Positions 7,229 to 17,020 of a stretch of 64,000 bases of DNA are shown piece after piece (position 1 is the stretch's first letter; every line of letters starts with the position of its first letter). A program made the position numbers and the translations under genes. The notes beneath the pieces were generated by a model, which had not been told where the DNA came from, made no database searches, and saw only the letters and a program-made list of their open reading frames with translations. Source of the stretch: Bacillota bacterium (lineage in GTDB: Bacteria; Bacillota_I; Bacilli_A; RF39; UBA660); contig SVAW01000001.1 of NCBI GenBank assembly GCA_015059195.1, forward strand, positions 81,575-145,574, in the 5' to 3' direction.

Positions 7229-7597
7229 ATGAAACGTGGATTTACATTAATTGAGTTGTTAGCTATTATGGTAGTTTTAGGGATGATTGCTGTAATTGCG
7301 ATTCCAAACATTCAAACGGCCTTTTCAAAATCGAAACAAAATCTATTAGAAAATCAAATTAAATCTATAGAAAATGTTGCGCGTTCGTGGGGGGTTAAAA
7401 ATACTAACAAACTAGATGATTGTTATGTTTTAACTTTAGACGAATTAAAAAGATTAGGGTATTTAGAGAATCAAGATGTTATTAATCCAGAAACTAAAGA
7501 GGAGTTAGATGGTTGCATAAAAATTACTTTTGATGAAAGTATAAATCAATATAAATATACCTATACTGAAAGTACTTTATGTAGCTGCAATAATTAA
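7229..7597 (+). CDS. Small type IV pilin/pseudopilin-like protein (ComGC-size)
   Basis: MKRG|FTLIELLAIMVVLGMIAVIAIP. The C-terminal core resembles 50707-51108, 51117-51515 and the N-terminal half of 33261-34190. Confidence 0.8.
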   Translation: MKRGFTLIELLAIMVVLGMIAVIAIPNIQTAFSKSKQNLLENQIKSIENVARSWGVKNTNKLDDCYVLTLDELKRLGYLENQDVINPETKEELDGCIKITFDESINQYKYTYTESTLCSCNN

Positions 7598-7599
7598 TT

Positions 7600-9816
7600 A
7601 TGAAAAAGGTTGAACTTTTAGCGCCCGTTGGGTCATTGGCGTCATTATATGCTGCCATTAATGCAGGATGTGATGCAGTATATTTAAGCGGATATATGTT
7701 TGGGGCACGTCAGTTTGCTCCAAATTTTTCAGATGAAGAAATTGTAGAAGCGATAAAAACTTGCCATATTTATGGAGTAAAAGTTTATATTACTGTAAAT
7801 ACTTTAATCAAAGATTCAGAGGTTGAAACGCTTTTAGAGTATGTAGAGTTCTTGCACAAAAATAATGTAGATGCAGTAATTATGCAAGATTTAGGAATGA
7901 TTGATTTAGTTAGAAAAACGTTTCCACAGTTAGAAATTCATGCTTCTACACAGCTACACATTCATAATTTAGAAGGTGTTAAGTTGTGTGAAAAGTTAGG
8001 GATTAAAAGAGTAGTACTAGCTAGAGAAACAGATATTAATACGGTTAAAAACATTAAATCAAACACTAACGTTGAGTTAGAGGTATTTGTTCACGGGGCA
8101 CTATGCGTTAGTTACTCTGGACAATGCTTGATGAGTAGCTTAATTGGTGGTAGAAGTGGAAATAGAGGCTCGTGTGCGGGAACATGTCGTCTTCCGTATA
8201 CTCTTTTAAATAAGGAGGGCAAAAGAATAAATAAAGAAGACTATATCTTGAGCATGAAAGATTTATACACTTTAGAACATATCGATGAACTTATCGAAAG
8301 TGGAATAGAAAGTTTTAAGATAGAAGGTAGAATGAAAAGACCAGAGTATGTTTACTTAGTTGTTTCTCTATACCGTAAAGCAATAGATTCATATTATGAA
8401 ACAGGACATGTAATTATTGATGAAAATTATCTTGATGATTTAAAGAAGATCTTTAATCGTAAATTTACTAAGGGTTTTTTATTTAATGAGCACAATAATA
8501 ATATTACTAATAGTTATAGGCCAAATCACTTGGGAGTCGAAGTTGGTAAAATAGTAGATTTTAATAATAAAAGCATTACTATAAAACTTTTAGATGATTT
8601 AAGAGTTGGAGATGGAATTAGAATTATTGGTGATGATTTTGGTTTTATGGTGACTAGTATTTATAAAAATAAAAACAGAGTTGACTGCGCTAGTAAGAGT
8701 GACATAGTTACTATATTTATGCCAGAAAAAGGTTGTAAGGTTAGTATAAGTAAAAATAATCTGATAGTAAAAACTACCGATTCTAAGCAGATTGAAGAAT
8801 TAAAATCACAAGTTAATTCTATTAATAAAAAAATAATTCTTGAAGGAACTATTGTATTAACTAAAGGAAAGCCTCTTTGTTTAGAACTTAGTGACGGATT
8901 AAACTGTGTGAGGGTAGAGGGTGAAATGGTTGAAGAAGCTAAAAATGCACCTTTGGATATTTCTCAAATAGAAAAACAAATTAAGAAATTGGGTAGTACT
9001 CCATTTGTATTAGGGAAACTATCAGTAGAAAAAGATGAAAAAATATATATTAATAATAAATATATTAATGATCTGAGAAGAAAAGCGACTGATGAATTAG
9101 CAGCTTTGAGAAATTATAAAACTGATTTTGTAAAGGGAAAATATACTATTTCAGTTCCTAGCTTTGAGCGTAAACAAGAAACAAATATTTTGTTAGAAGA
9201 TAGTAAGTTTTATTCAAAAATTAAAGATTTGAATTTGAATTATATTTATACTGATGATTATAATTTGTTTTCTAATAATGATAGCAGATTGATTTTAAAA
9301 CTGCCTAGAGTTATGCATAAATTTGAAGAATATAATAAACCGTTACTAGTGGGAGAGGTAGGAAGCTTACAACTGTGTAACAAAGTTGCTGGGGATTTTT
9401 CTCTAAATGCATTTAATTCGTATACAGTAGCATTCCTTCATTCTATTGGTGTAGAAAAAATTTTACTATCCTATGAACTTAGTATTGAAGATATTAAAGA
9501 ACTTATTATGGCGTATGAGAAAAGATATACTAAAATGCCAAATGTGGAGGTCCTGATTTATGGAAGAGAAGAGATGATGATCAGTAAATTCAGTTTAAAT
9601 AAATTATATAGAGGGGACAACCTTTATTTATGTGATAGATTTAATAATAGTTATCCTGTGAGAGAAAAAGATGATTTAATGTATATATATAACCATAAGC
9701 CAAGAGTTTGGGATTTAGCAATTAAAGATTATTATGATTTAGGAGTTAATGCAGTTAGAATAAATATTTTTGATAATAAAGACCTAGAGTGGGTTTTGTC
9801 AAAAATAGAAAGCTAA
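7600..9816 (+). CDS. Peptidase U32 family protein (long form)
   Basis: N-terminus ELLAPVGS...AGCDAVYLSG and the E-x-F-x-H-G-A-L-C (FVHGALCVSYSGQC) signature. Confidence 0.8.
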   Translation: MKKVELLAPVGSLASLYAAINAGCDAVYLSGYMFGARQFAPNFSDEEIVEAIKTCHIYGVKVYITVNTLIKDSEVETLLEYVEFLHKNNVDAVIMQDLGMIDLVRKTFPQLEIHASTQLHIHNLEGVKLCEKLGIKRVVLARETDINTVKNIKSNTNVELEVFVHGALCVSYSGQCLMSSLIGGRSGNRGSCAGTCRLPYTLLNKEGKRINKEDYILSMKDLYTLEHIDELIESGIESFKIEGRMKRPEYVYLVVSLYRKAIDSYYETGHVIIDENYLDDLKKIFNRKFTKGFLFNEHNNNITNSYRPNHLGVEVGKIVDFNNKSITIKLLDDLRVGDGIRIIGDDFGFMVTSIYKNKNRVDCASKSDIVTIFMPEKGCKVSISKNNLIVKTTDSKQIEELKSQVNSINKKIILEGTIVLTKGKPLCLELSDGLNCVRVEGEMVEEAKNAPLDISQIEKQIKKLGSTPFVLGKLSVEKDEKIYINNKYINDLRRKATDELAALRNYKTDFVKGKYTISVPSFERKQETNILLEDSKFYSKIKDLNLNYIYTDDYNLFSNNDSRLILKLPRVMHKFEEYNKPLLVGEVGSLQLCNKVAGDFSLNAFNSYTVAFLHSIGVEKILLSYELSIEDIKELIMAYEKRYTKMPNVEVLIYGREEMMISKFSLNKLYRGDNLYLCDRFNNSYPVREKDDLMYIYNHKPRVWDLAIKDYYDLGVNAVRINIFDNKDLEWVLSKIES

Positions 9817-9868
9817 CTCCTTTTTTTTTAAATTAAAATAATATATAATTAACATAGGAGGTAGTAGG

Positions 9869-11155
9869 ATGATAGTAGGAAAAAAGATAGAAGATGGAAA
9901 AGAATTAACCAAAACAAAAAAACTAGGCTTTTTTACTAGACCCAAATACGTATATATACCTTTAATCTGTCAAAGTGATAGAGATATTACTACGATTGTA
10001 AAAAAGGGTGAATATGTGTATAAAGGCTCTATTGTAGGTAAACGAAAAGGTGCCTATAGACTACCGATTTATTCTAGCGTTAGTGGAACTGTTGTTGATT
10101 TTGTAGAGAAAAAACATATAGATGGTTCCTTAGTTAAATGTGTTGTTATTGAAAATGATTTTAAAGAAAAATTGGAAGAAAAACAAGCGGTTCGAAAAAG
10201 CATTAATGATTATTCTAAGCAAGAATTCATAAAGAGATTACAAGAATGTGGAATAGTAGGTATGGGAGGTTCTGGTTTCCCTACTTACTTAAAATATAAT
10301 ACGAGTAAGAAACTAAGAACATTAATTGTTGATGCTGTGGAATGTGAGCCATATATTACTGCAGATGTTAGTCTAATAAAAGAAAAATGTGAAGAAATTT
10401 TGGAAGCCATTGATGCTATTATGGAGATTAATGGTATCAAAGAATGTTTTATAGGAATAAAAAAGGATAGTAAAATAATTGAATTATTAGAAAATTATTT
10501 AGGTACTTATCCTAAAATAAAAATAGCTATTGTTCCTAATATTTATCCCATGGGGTGGGAAAGATATTTAGTTAAATATGTTAAAAAAACAAATTATAAA
10601 TTATTACCCTTAGAAAAAGGAATTGTAGTTAATAATATTAGTACTATTTATGCAATTTATGAAGCGTTAAAGTATAATAAACCAATAATAGAAAGGATTG
10701 TGACTTTTACAGGCGAAATGTTAAAAAGTCCTCAAAATGTGTATGTTAAAGTAGGGACTTCTGTACGAGATGTAATTGAATTTATTGGCGGTTATAAAAG
10801 AAATAAAGATGTTGTTATTATTGCTGGAGGTCCAATGATGGGTAAAAGCATAGATGATGATGACTTTGTAGTTACTGCCAATTTAAATTGTGTTGTTGTC
10901 ATGAAAGAACAAAAAAAAGAAGAGGTGTTAAATTGTTTTAGATGTGGCAAATGTGTTTCGATTTGCCCTAGCAGATTATCACCAGTTCTTATTAAGGATA
11001 GTTTGAAAAATATTGATAATTTAAAAGAACTTCGCCCTGAAAAGTGTATTGAGTGTGGTTTGTGTTCGTTTGTTTGTCCTTCTAAAATTAACATTAGAGG
11101 ATGCGTTATAGAAGGAAAAAGAAAAGTTTTTAAAGAAAGGGGCGACACTAAGTGA
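9869..11155 (+). CDS. rnfC: Rnf electron transport complex subunit C
   Basis: GMGGSGFPT motif and two C-terminal CxxCxxCxxxCP ferredoxin motifs. It heads the rnf operon. Confidence 0.85.
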   Translation: MIVGKKIEDGKELTKTKKLGFFTRPKYVYIPLICQSDRDITTIVKKGEYVYKGSIVGKRKGAYRLPIYSSVSGTVVDFVEKKHIDGSLVKCVVIENDFKEKLEEKQAVRKSINDYSKQEFIKRLQECGIVGMGGSGFPTYLKYNTSKKLRTLIVDAVECEPYITADVSLIKEKCEEILEAIDAIMEINGIKECFIGIKKDSKIIELLENYLGTYPKIKIAIVPNIYPMGWERYLVKYVKKTNYKLLPLEKGIVVNNISTIYAIYEALKYNKPIIERIVTFTGEMLKSPQNVYVKVGTSVRDVIEFIGGYKRNKDVVIIAGGPMMGKSIDDDDFVVTANLNCVVVMKEQKKEEVLNCFRCGKCVSICPSRLSPVLIKDSLKNIDNLKELRPEKCIECGLCSFVCPSKINIRGCVIEGKRKVFKERGDTK

Positions 11156-12903
11156 AAGATTTTCATGTAAAGATAGGTCCTTTTAAAAAAAGTGATAATT
11201 CCACCAGAAGAACAATGGTTCATCTTTTAATTGCATTATCACCAATTATAGTTTTTGCGTTTTACAAAAACGGGATTATACCATATCAAAAGGGATATAG
11301 TAATTTCTTAGAAATGTTTTTTCCAATACTATTTATATTACTGCCAACATTAACTTCGTTTATAACAGAATTATTATATTCTATTATCTTTTTGAAAAAG
11401 AAAAATGATGCATTGAAAGAATATTTAAGTGAATCATTTAGTATTTTCCCAGGATTATTTTTAGGACTTATTCTTCCAATTAATACCCCGATTTCAATTG
11501 TAATTTTGGGTGCTTTTTTAGCTACATTTGTTGGAAAGTTACTGTTTGGCGGGTTTGGCAATAATATATTTAATCCAGCATTGATTGGAAGGTTACTTGT
11601 AGTATCATCATATGCACTTGTTATGAGTGAAAGTGGTGGATATTTAAATGCTTATGAGATAGATACTATTGCTTCAGTAACACCTTTATCTAATGCTGTA
11701 TCCGGTATTGGATCATATGAAACGTTAATTTCTCCGTATGGTAGTTTATGGGATTTCTTTTTAGGGACTATTCCTGGTTCTTTAGGTGAAACTAGTTCCG
11801 CACTTTGCATTTTAGGTTTTATTTACTTAACTATTACGAAAGTTATCAAGTGGAAAATACCTACAACGTATATTTTAACTGTTTTTATGATGACTTATAT
11901 GATTGGAAGTATTAACGAGCTTGGGGTTTGGTATCCTTTATTTCAAGTATTTAGTGGAGGCTTGATGTTTGGGGCTATTTTTATGGCAACAGATCCTGTT
12001 ACCAGCCCGACAACACCGATAGGCCAAATTTTATATGGTATAGGTCTTGGAATATTAACTGTGATATTTAGATATTTAACACCTTTCCCAGAGGGTGTAT
12101 TGACAAGTATTCTTACTATGAACATGTTAGTATTTATTATTGATAAGATAGGGGCCAAAGCTAGATTTAATTTTAAACAAGCGTTACTACCGTTTTTAAT
12201 CATGTGGTTTTTAATTATTGGAATAGGTGGTTTTATAGGTAATCATTATCAAAATCAAGAGCCTAATGTAGATCCTGATTTTAATATTATCTCTAAAGAA
12301 ATAAGGGATAATCAAACCACTTATGTAGTAACTCAAAAAGGATATTCTGGTATACTAAAAGCAAGTATTTTATTTGATAAGGGAGTTATTGCGTCAATTG
12401 ACATTATAAGCCAAAATGATTCTTTTTTTCAAAAAATAGAAGATAATAATTACATTAATAAGTTGATTGAAGATGCACAAAGATTAGAAAACATAGATGC
12501 GGTAAGTGGAGCCACAATTACTTCAAATGCATTAAAACAAATGGTAATAAACACCTTAAATGATTATAATAGGGATATGGCTAACGAACAAAATTTTTCG
12601 GTATTAGATCACTATATAGAGGGTGATAACACTATTTATGAAGTGTCTCAAAAAAGCTTTCAAGGGAACTTGCAATTGAGAATTGTATTTCAAGATAATA
12701 TAATTTCTTCCATTACAGTTATTAAGTGTGAAGATTCATATTTTAACTTGATAATAAATGATGACTATATCCAAAAAATAATAACTAATCAACAAAAATT
12801 AGATGAGTTAGATGTGGTTAGCGGAGCTACTATAAGTTCAAATAGCTTGAAGCAAGCTATAACTAATACCAAAAAGGAGTATCAAAAAGATTATGCAAAA
12901 TAA
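11152..12903 (+). CDS. rnfD: RnfD fused to two tandem RnfG-type FMN-binding domains
   Basis: N-terminal polytopic RnfD (NPALIGR, FMATDPVTSP). The C-terminal ~230 aa contain two FMN_bind-like repeats (DAVSGATITSNALKQ and DVVSGATISSNSLKQ). Confidence 0.8.
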   Translation: MKDFHVKIGPFKKSDNSTRRTMVHLLIALSPIIVFAFYKNGIIPYQKGYSNFLEMFFPILFILLPTLTSFITELLYSIIFLKKKNDALKEYLSESFSIFPGLFLGLILPINTPISIVILGAFLATFVGKLLFGGFGNNIFNPALIGRLLVVSSYALVMSESGGYLNAYEIDTIASVTPLSNAVSGIGSYETLISPYGSLWDFFLGTIPGSLGETSSALCILGFIYLTITKVIKWKIPTTYILTVFMMTYMIGSINELGVWYPLFQVFSGGLMFGAIFMATDPVTSPTTPIGQILYGIGLGILTVIFRYLTPFPEGVLTSILTMNMLVFIIDKIGAKARFNFKQALLPFLIMWFLIIGIGGFIGNHYQNQEPNVDPDFNIISKEIRDNQTTYVVTQKGYSGILKASILFDKGVIASIDIISQNDSFFQKIEDNNYINKLIEDAQRLENIDAVSGATITSNALKQMVINTLNDYNRDMANEQNFSVLDHYIEGDNTIYEVSQKSFQGNLQLRIVFQDNIISSITVIKCEDSYFNLIINDDYIQKIITNQQKLDELDVVSGATISSNSLKQAITNTKKEYQKDYAK

Positions 12904-12988
12904 AAAAATACAAGGTGTTTTAGTTTTAACTTTGACTGCTTTAGTTTGTTCAACATTACTTTACATAGTGGTAACAATGACGAGGTGA
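12893..12988 (+). CDS. Possible 31-aa membrane peptide MQNKKIQGVLVLTLTALVCSTLLYIVVTMTR
   Basis: ATG overlaps the rnfD/G end and the stop lies 3 nt before the rnfE ATG. It has a single TM-like helix. SD spacing is long, so it is speculative. Confidence 0.25.
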   Translation: MQNKKIQGVLVLTLTALVCSTLLYIVVTMTR

Positions 12989-12991
12989 TAT

Positions 12992-13624
12992 ATGAAAACA
13001 ATTTTGAATGGAATAATTAAAGAAAATCCTGTATTTGTACTCTTATTAGGGCTTTGTCCTGCTTTAGCTGTTACTACTACAATAGAAAATGCATTTATGA
13101 TGGGATTTTGCGTGTTAGTAGTTTTGTTCTTTAGTAATTTGATTGTTTCAATAATAAAGAAACTGGTTCCAGAAAACGTAAAGATACCTGTATATATTTT
13201 AATCATTGGAACTTTTGTTACAATTGTTGAACTGCTATTAAAAAAGTTTATTCCTGGTTTATATAATTCTTTAAGCATTTATTTGCCGCTAATAGTAGTA
13301 AATTGTATTGTACTAGGTAGGGCGCTATCAGTTGCCTCTAAGGAAAGAGTAAGTAGGAGCTTACTAGATGCAATAGGAGTAGGGTTAGGATATACCTTAT
13401 CACTTATTGTAATTGCTAGTTTTAGAGAAATATTAGGAGGAGGGACTATCACCTTAATCGATGGATTAAGTTCATTAACTGGATTTAAATTAATTTTAAC
13501 TCTTCCAATATCAAACTTGTTTCCATTTAGTGTTTTATTAACTCCTGCCGGTGCATTTCTTACTTTAGGTCTTATTTTAGGAGTTATTAATTATGTAAGG
13601 AGGGATAAGCATGAATCTAATTAG
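12992..13624 (+). CDS. rnfE: Rnf complex subunit E
   Basis: NPVFVLLLGLCPALAVTT N-terminus and gene order. Confidence 0.85.
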   Translation: MKTILNGIIKENPVFVLLLGLCPALAVTTTIENAFMMGFCVLVVLFFSNLIVSIIKKLVPENVKIPVYILIIGTFVTIVELLLKKFIPGLYNSLSIYLPLIVVNCIVLGRALSVASKERVSRSLLDAIGVGLGYTLSLIVIASFREILGGGTITLIDGLSSLTGFKLILTLPISNLFPFSVLLTPAGAFLTLGLILGVINYVRRDKHESN

Positions 13625-14180
13625 TTTGTTCATCGCCAGTTTTCTTACAGAAAATATTGTATTGGCTAAATTTTTAGGGGTTTGTCCATTTATTGGAACT
13701 TCGAATAAAGAAAAAAATGCATTTATGATGGGCCTTGCGGTTACGGGAGTAGTTACTATTTCTAGTTTACTTACTTATTGTTTATACTATTATGTACTTC
13801 TTCCTACCAATACAGGGTATTTAAAAACTATCGTTTTTATTCTCGTAATAGCATCAATGGTTCAAATAGTTGAAATAATTATACGAAACAAATTTAAAAA
13901 AATACATGAATCTCTAGGAATTTACCTACCTTTAATTACAACTAACTGTGCAGTTTTAGGAACAGTATTATTAAATATTAATAATAATTTTACTTTACTA
14001 GAAACATTAGTGTTTAGCTTTGGTAGTGGTGCCGGGTTTACTTTGGTTATTTATATCTTTTCTACAATTAGGGCTAGATTAGAAACTAGTAATGTTCCTA
14101 AATCATTTCGAGGGACGCCTATTGCATTAATTACAGCTGCAATAATGGCTCTAATATTTGGAAGGTATGTAGGTGGATAA
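13611..14180 (+). CDS. rnfA: Rnf complex subunit A
   Basis: ENIVLAKFLGVCPFIG motif and gene order. Confidence 0.85.
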   Translation: MNLISLFIASFLTENIVLAKFLGVCPFIGTSNKEKNAFMMGLAVTGVVTISSLLTYCLYYYVLLPTNTGYLKTIVFILVIASMVQIVEIIIRNKFKKIHESLGIYLPLITTNCAVLGTVLLNINNNFTLLETLVFSFGSGAGFTLVIYIFSTIRARLETSNVPKSFRGTPIALITAAIMALIFGRYVGG

Positions 14181-14181
14181 T

Positions 14182-14286
14182 ATGGGATTTATATTATTAA
14201 TGTTGTTATTTGGGTTAAGTTTATTTTTATATAGTAAAAGTAAATGTCACCATAATTGCTCTAATTGTAAGAGGTGTATGAAATGA
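14182..14286 (+). CDS. Possible 34-aa TM + Cys-rich peptide MGFILLMLLFGLSLFLYSKSKCHHNCSNCKRCMK
   Basis: ATG lies 1 nt after the rnfA stop. Its stop overlaps the next start in an ATGA arrangement. The architecture recalls small Cys-rich membrane anchors. Confidence 0.3.
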   Translation: MGFILLMLLFGLSLFLYSKSKCHHNCSNCKRCMK

Positions 14287-14549
14287 TTGGAATATTAATT
14301 TTAAGTATATTAGCCTTTATATTAAGTCTTATTCTGGTGACATTAGAATACAAACTAAATAAAAAAGATATTAGACAAGAAAAGTATTGTGAGTTGTTAC
14401 CGGGATATAATTGTGGTGCCTGCGGTTTTGGAAGCTGCGAGGGTATGGCAAAAGCTATGCTAGAAGATATTGATAATTATAAAAAGTGTAAGCCACTAAG
14501 GGGAGAGCCTTTAGAAAAATTAAAAGTTTATATTGAAAAAATAAATTAG
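14283..14549 (+). CDS. rnfB: Short RnfB-like protein: TM helix + N-terminal Fe-S domain only
   Basis: LPGYNCGACGFGSCEGMAKAM matches the RnfB N-terminal cluster motif. No ferredoxin-type CxxCxxCxxxCP domains follow. The ATG at 14283 is preferred (SD AGAGGTG). Confidence 0.65.
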   Translation: MIGILILSILAFILSLILVTLEYKLNKKDIRQEKYCELLPGYNCGACGFGSCEGMAKAMLEDIDNYKKCKPLRGEPLEKLKVYIEKIN

Positions 14550-14605
14550 TGAAATTATCGTGTGAAACACAAACAATAAAGTATAATTTGTATTTAAAAA
14601 TAAAA

Positions 14606-14631
14606 GAAAGAATGAAATCATTCTTTTTTTT
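14606..14631 (+). terminator. Intrinsic terminator after the rnf operon
   Basis: aaagaatg-aaat-cattcttt followed by a T-run. This shows the 5' extension of the trmB ORF in the track is not coding. Confidence 0.75.
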
Positions 14632-14668
14632 AAAATATAAATATGTTATAATTGTTATAGGTGATAGA

Positions 14669-15298
14669 GTGAGATTAAGAAACGTAAAGAATGCAAAAGC
14701 GCAAATTGAGTCATCTAGTTATATCTTACTAGAACCAAAACAATATTGTGGAAAATTTCAAAAATTGTTTGGTAATAATAATCCAATTTATATTGAAATT
14801 GGTATGGGGAAAGGTCAATTTATAATAAATAATGCACTTCAATATCCAAATATTAATTTTATTGGTATTGAGAAGTATGATAGTGTCATAGTAAGGGCTA
14901 TTCAAAAACTTGAAGATAAGGAACTGTCAAATTTAAAGTTAATTAGAATGGATGCCTTAGAAATTAATGAGGTATTTAATAAAGAAATAGATAAAATTTA
15001 CTTAAATTTTTCAGACCCTTGGCCAAAAGATAAACATGAACACAGGAGACTTACTAGCAAACAGTTTTTGCAAAAGTATGATTTTATTTTTAAATCTGAA
15101 AAAAACATAGTGATGAAAACAGACAATAGAAAACTATTTGAGTTTTCTATCAAGTCATTTAATAATTACGGATATAAAATAAAAAATCTATCTTTAGATT
15201 TATATAATGATGACCATGAAACAAATATTTCGACAGAATATGAAGATAAGTTTGTATCTTGTGGTCAAGTTATTTATATGACAGATGTTTACAAATAG
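14669..15298 (+). CDS. trmB: tRNA (guanine-N7)-methyltransferase
   Basis: FSDPWPKDKHEHRRL motif. GTG 14669 (VRLRNVKNA) is preferred as start, downstream of the terminator and of a TATAAT at about 14645. Confidence 0.85.
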   Translation: MRLRNVKNAKAQIESSSYILLEPKQYCGKFQKLFGNNNPIYIEIGMGKGQFIINNALQYPNINFIGIEKYDSVIVRAIQKLEDKELSNLKLIRMDALEINEVFNKEIDKIYLNFSDPWPKDKHEHRRLTSKQFLQKYDFIFKSEKNIVMKTDNRKLFEFSIKSFNNYGYKIKNLSLDLYNDDHETNISTEYEDKFVSCGQVIYMTDVYK

Positions 15299-15377
15299 AC
15301 GTTTTATTTACATTTGTTTTATAAAAATAAAGCAATTATAATTAAAATTTGATATAATTTAGTTAAGTAGGTGAAGC

Positions 15378-15992
15378 ATGAAGAAAATCGTGGTACTACT
15401 ATTAGTGACATTTATCCTAACTGGATGTACAATAGTTAGAATAGACACAGACAGTATTGATAATACTATAAATGTTGTCTTATCTAAAAATAATGAATTA
15501 TTTAATCGGGTTGGGAAAGGGTATAAATATTATGTTCCAAGAGGAGTAGGTTATATTGATACGGTAGAATTTAATGACAAACTATATTCTGATGGAAATT
15601 TCTATTACCTATATATCGATGCGATTAGTTATTATTATAATATTGAGAGTGAATATAAAGAAAAAACAGATATTTATTATTCTCGAAAATTTAATTTAAA
15701 CAACAAAAATGGATATTTAGAAATTGAACAGGTAGGAGATAAATATTTAATTAATTTCTTTTATAATTATGCAAGAATTCAAGCAATAGTAAAAGAGGAA
15801 GAAATTAATGATGTAATTTTAAATTCATCATATATATTGTCTACTGTAAAGTTTAACAATGAAGTAATTAAGTTAATGCTAGATGAAGAGTTCTTTACTA
15901 ATAAGGAAGAAAATTATGATATTTTTGATTCCAAAGAGGAAAGTAATGACAATTTCTTGGAAATTGTGGAAGATGAACAAACCAGTTCGTAG
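15378..15992 (+). CDS. Lipoprotein, unknown function
   Basis: Signal peptide with lipobox LTGC. Confidence 0.6.
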   Translation: MKKIVVLLLVTFILTGCTIVRIDTDSIDNTINVVLSKNNELFNRVGKGYKYYVPRGVGYIDTVEFNDKLYSDGNFYYLYIDAISYYYNIESEYKEKTDIYYSRKFNLNNKNGYLEIEQVGDKYLINFFYNYARIQAIVKEEEINDVILNSSYILSTVKFNNEVIKLMLDEEFFTNKEENYDIFDSKEESNDNFLEIVEDEQTSS

Positions 15993-16004
15993 GAGGGTGA
16001 CCAT

Positions 16005-16727
16005 ATGGGATTTTTAGATAAGATGAAAAATTTATTTACGGAGGAAGTAGAAGAAACTCCAATTAAAAAGGATGTTATTCAAGTAGAAATACCAGCACCA
16101 GTAGCGCCAGAAAAAAAAGAAGAAATGGTAACTGAAAGTGAAGTATTAGTGAAAGAAGATAAACCTCAAGCTCCAGTATTTTTTGATGATAATGATTTTG
16201 CAACTTTAGAAAGACGAGAAGAACCAAAACCAAGAAAATTAGAAGAAAAATATAGAGGCAAAGAGGAAGAAAAGAAAATCTTTAAACCTACGCCAATAAT
16301 TTCTCCAGTATATGGTGTTTTAGATAAAAATTATCATAAGGAAGATATTACACCTAAGAAAAAAACAGTTACAACAAATTTTTATGATAGAGGAACAGTA
16401 ACAATTGATGATGTAAGAAAAAAAGCATTTGGAACATTAGAGGATGAATTGGAAACAATTATTCCTGGTGATGATTACGAAATCGTTGAAGAAAAAGAAG
16501 TAACAATTGAAATGGATGCTCATGATGGAATGTTAGAGGATTTGTTGGATCCAAATTATGAACCACGATTTGCGGCCAAAGCAAATGAGACGGATGAAAC
16601 AGAAGAAAATACAACCGATATGTTTGAAGAATTACATCAGGAATTTGAAGAAGCAAAAGAAGATTTAAGCGAAAGTGATTTATTTAATTTGATAGATTCA
16701 ATGTACGATAAGAAAGATGAGGGATAA
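16005..16727 (+). CDS. Highly acidic hypothetical protein
   Basis: E/D/K-rich protein with good RBS context. No family recognised. Confidence 0.45.
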   Translation: MGFLDKMKNLFTEEVEETPIKKDVIQVEIPAPVAPEKKEEMVTESEVLVKEDKPQAPVFFDDNDFATLERREEPKPRKLEEKYRGKEEEKKIFKPTPIISPVYGVLDKNYHKEDITPKKKTVTTNFYDRGTVTIDDVRKKAFGTLEDELETIIPGDDYEIVEEKEVTIEMDAHDGMLEDLLDPNYEPRFAAKANETDETEENTTDMFEELHQEFEEAKEDLSESDLFNLIDSMYDKKDEG

Positions 16728-16729
16728 TT

Positions 16730-17020
16730 ATGGATATTCTTTTAAAACTTTTACCAATCATATTATATATTTTATTAAGTATATTATTAGTAGTACTTAT
16801 AGTATTAATATTTAAAGCTATGAAAACATTAAATAAAGTTGATAAGACTATTGATGATGTTAATGATAAAATGGGAAAGTTAAATGGAGTTTTCTCATTA
16901 GTGGATCGTGGTGCAGATGCGATTAACATGTTAACTAATAAAATAGTCGGTACAGTAGCAACAGGGATTATGTCTCTGTTCCAAAAAAAAAATAAAGATA
17001 AGGAGAATGAAGATGAGTAA
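16730..17020 (+). CDS. DUF948-like small membrane-anchored protein
   Basis: N-terminal TM helix then a coiled region. It is paired with a YtxH-like gene, as in Bacilli. Confidence 0.5.
   Translation: MDILLKLLPIILYILLSILLVVLIVLIFKAMKTLNKVDKTIDDVNDKMGKLNGVFSLVDRGADAINMLTNKIVGTVATGIMSLFQKKNKDKENEDE

Noticed and set aside
14549-14668. A 5' extension of trmB in the ORF track (MKLSCETQTIKYNLYLKIKERMKSFFFLKYKYVIIVIGDR...).
   Set aside because: It contains the rnf operon terminator hairpin and T-run (14606-14631) and a TATAAT. TrmB homology begins at VRLRNVKNA (GTG 14669).
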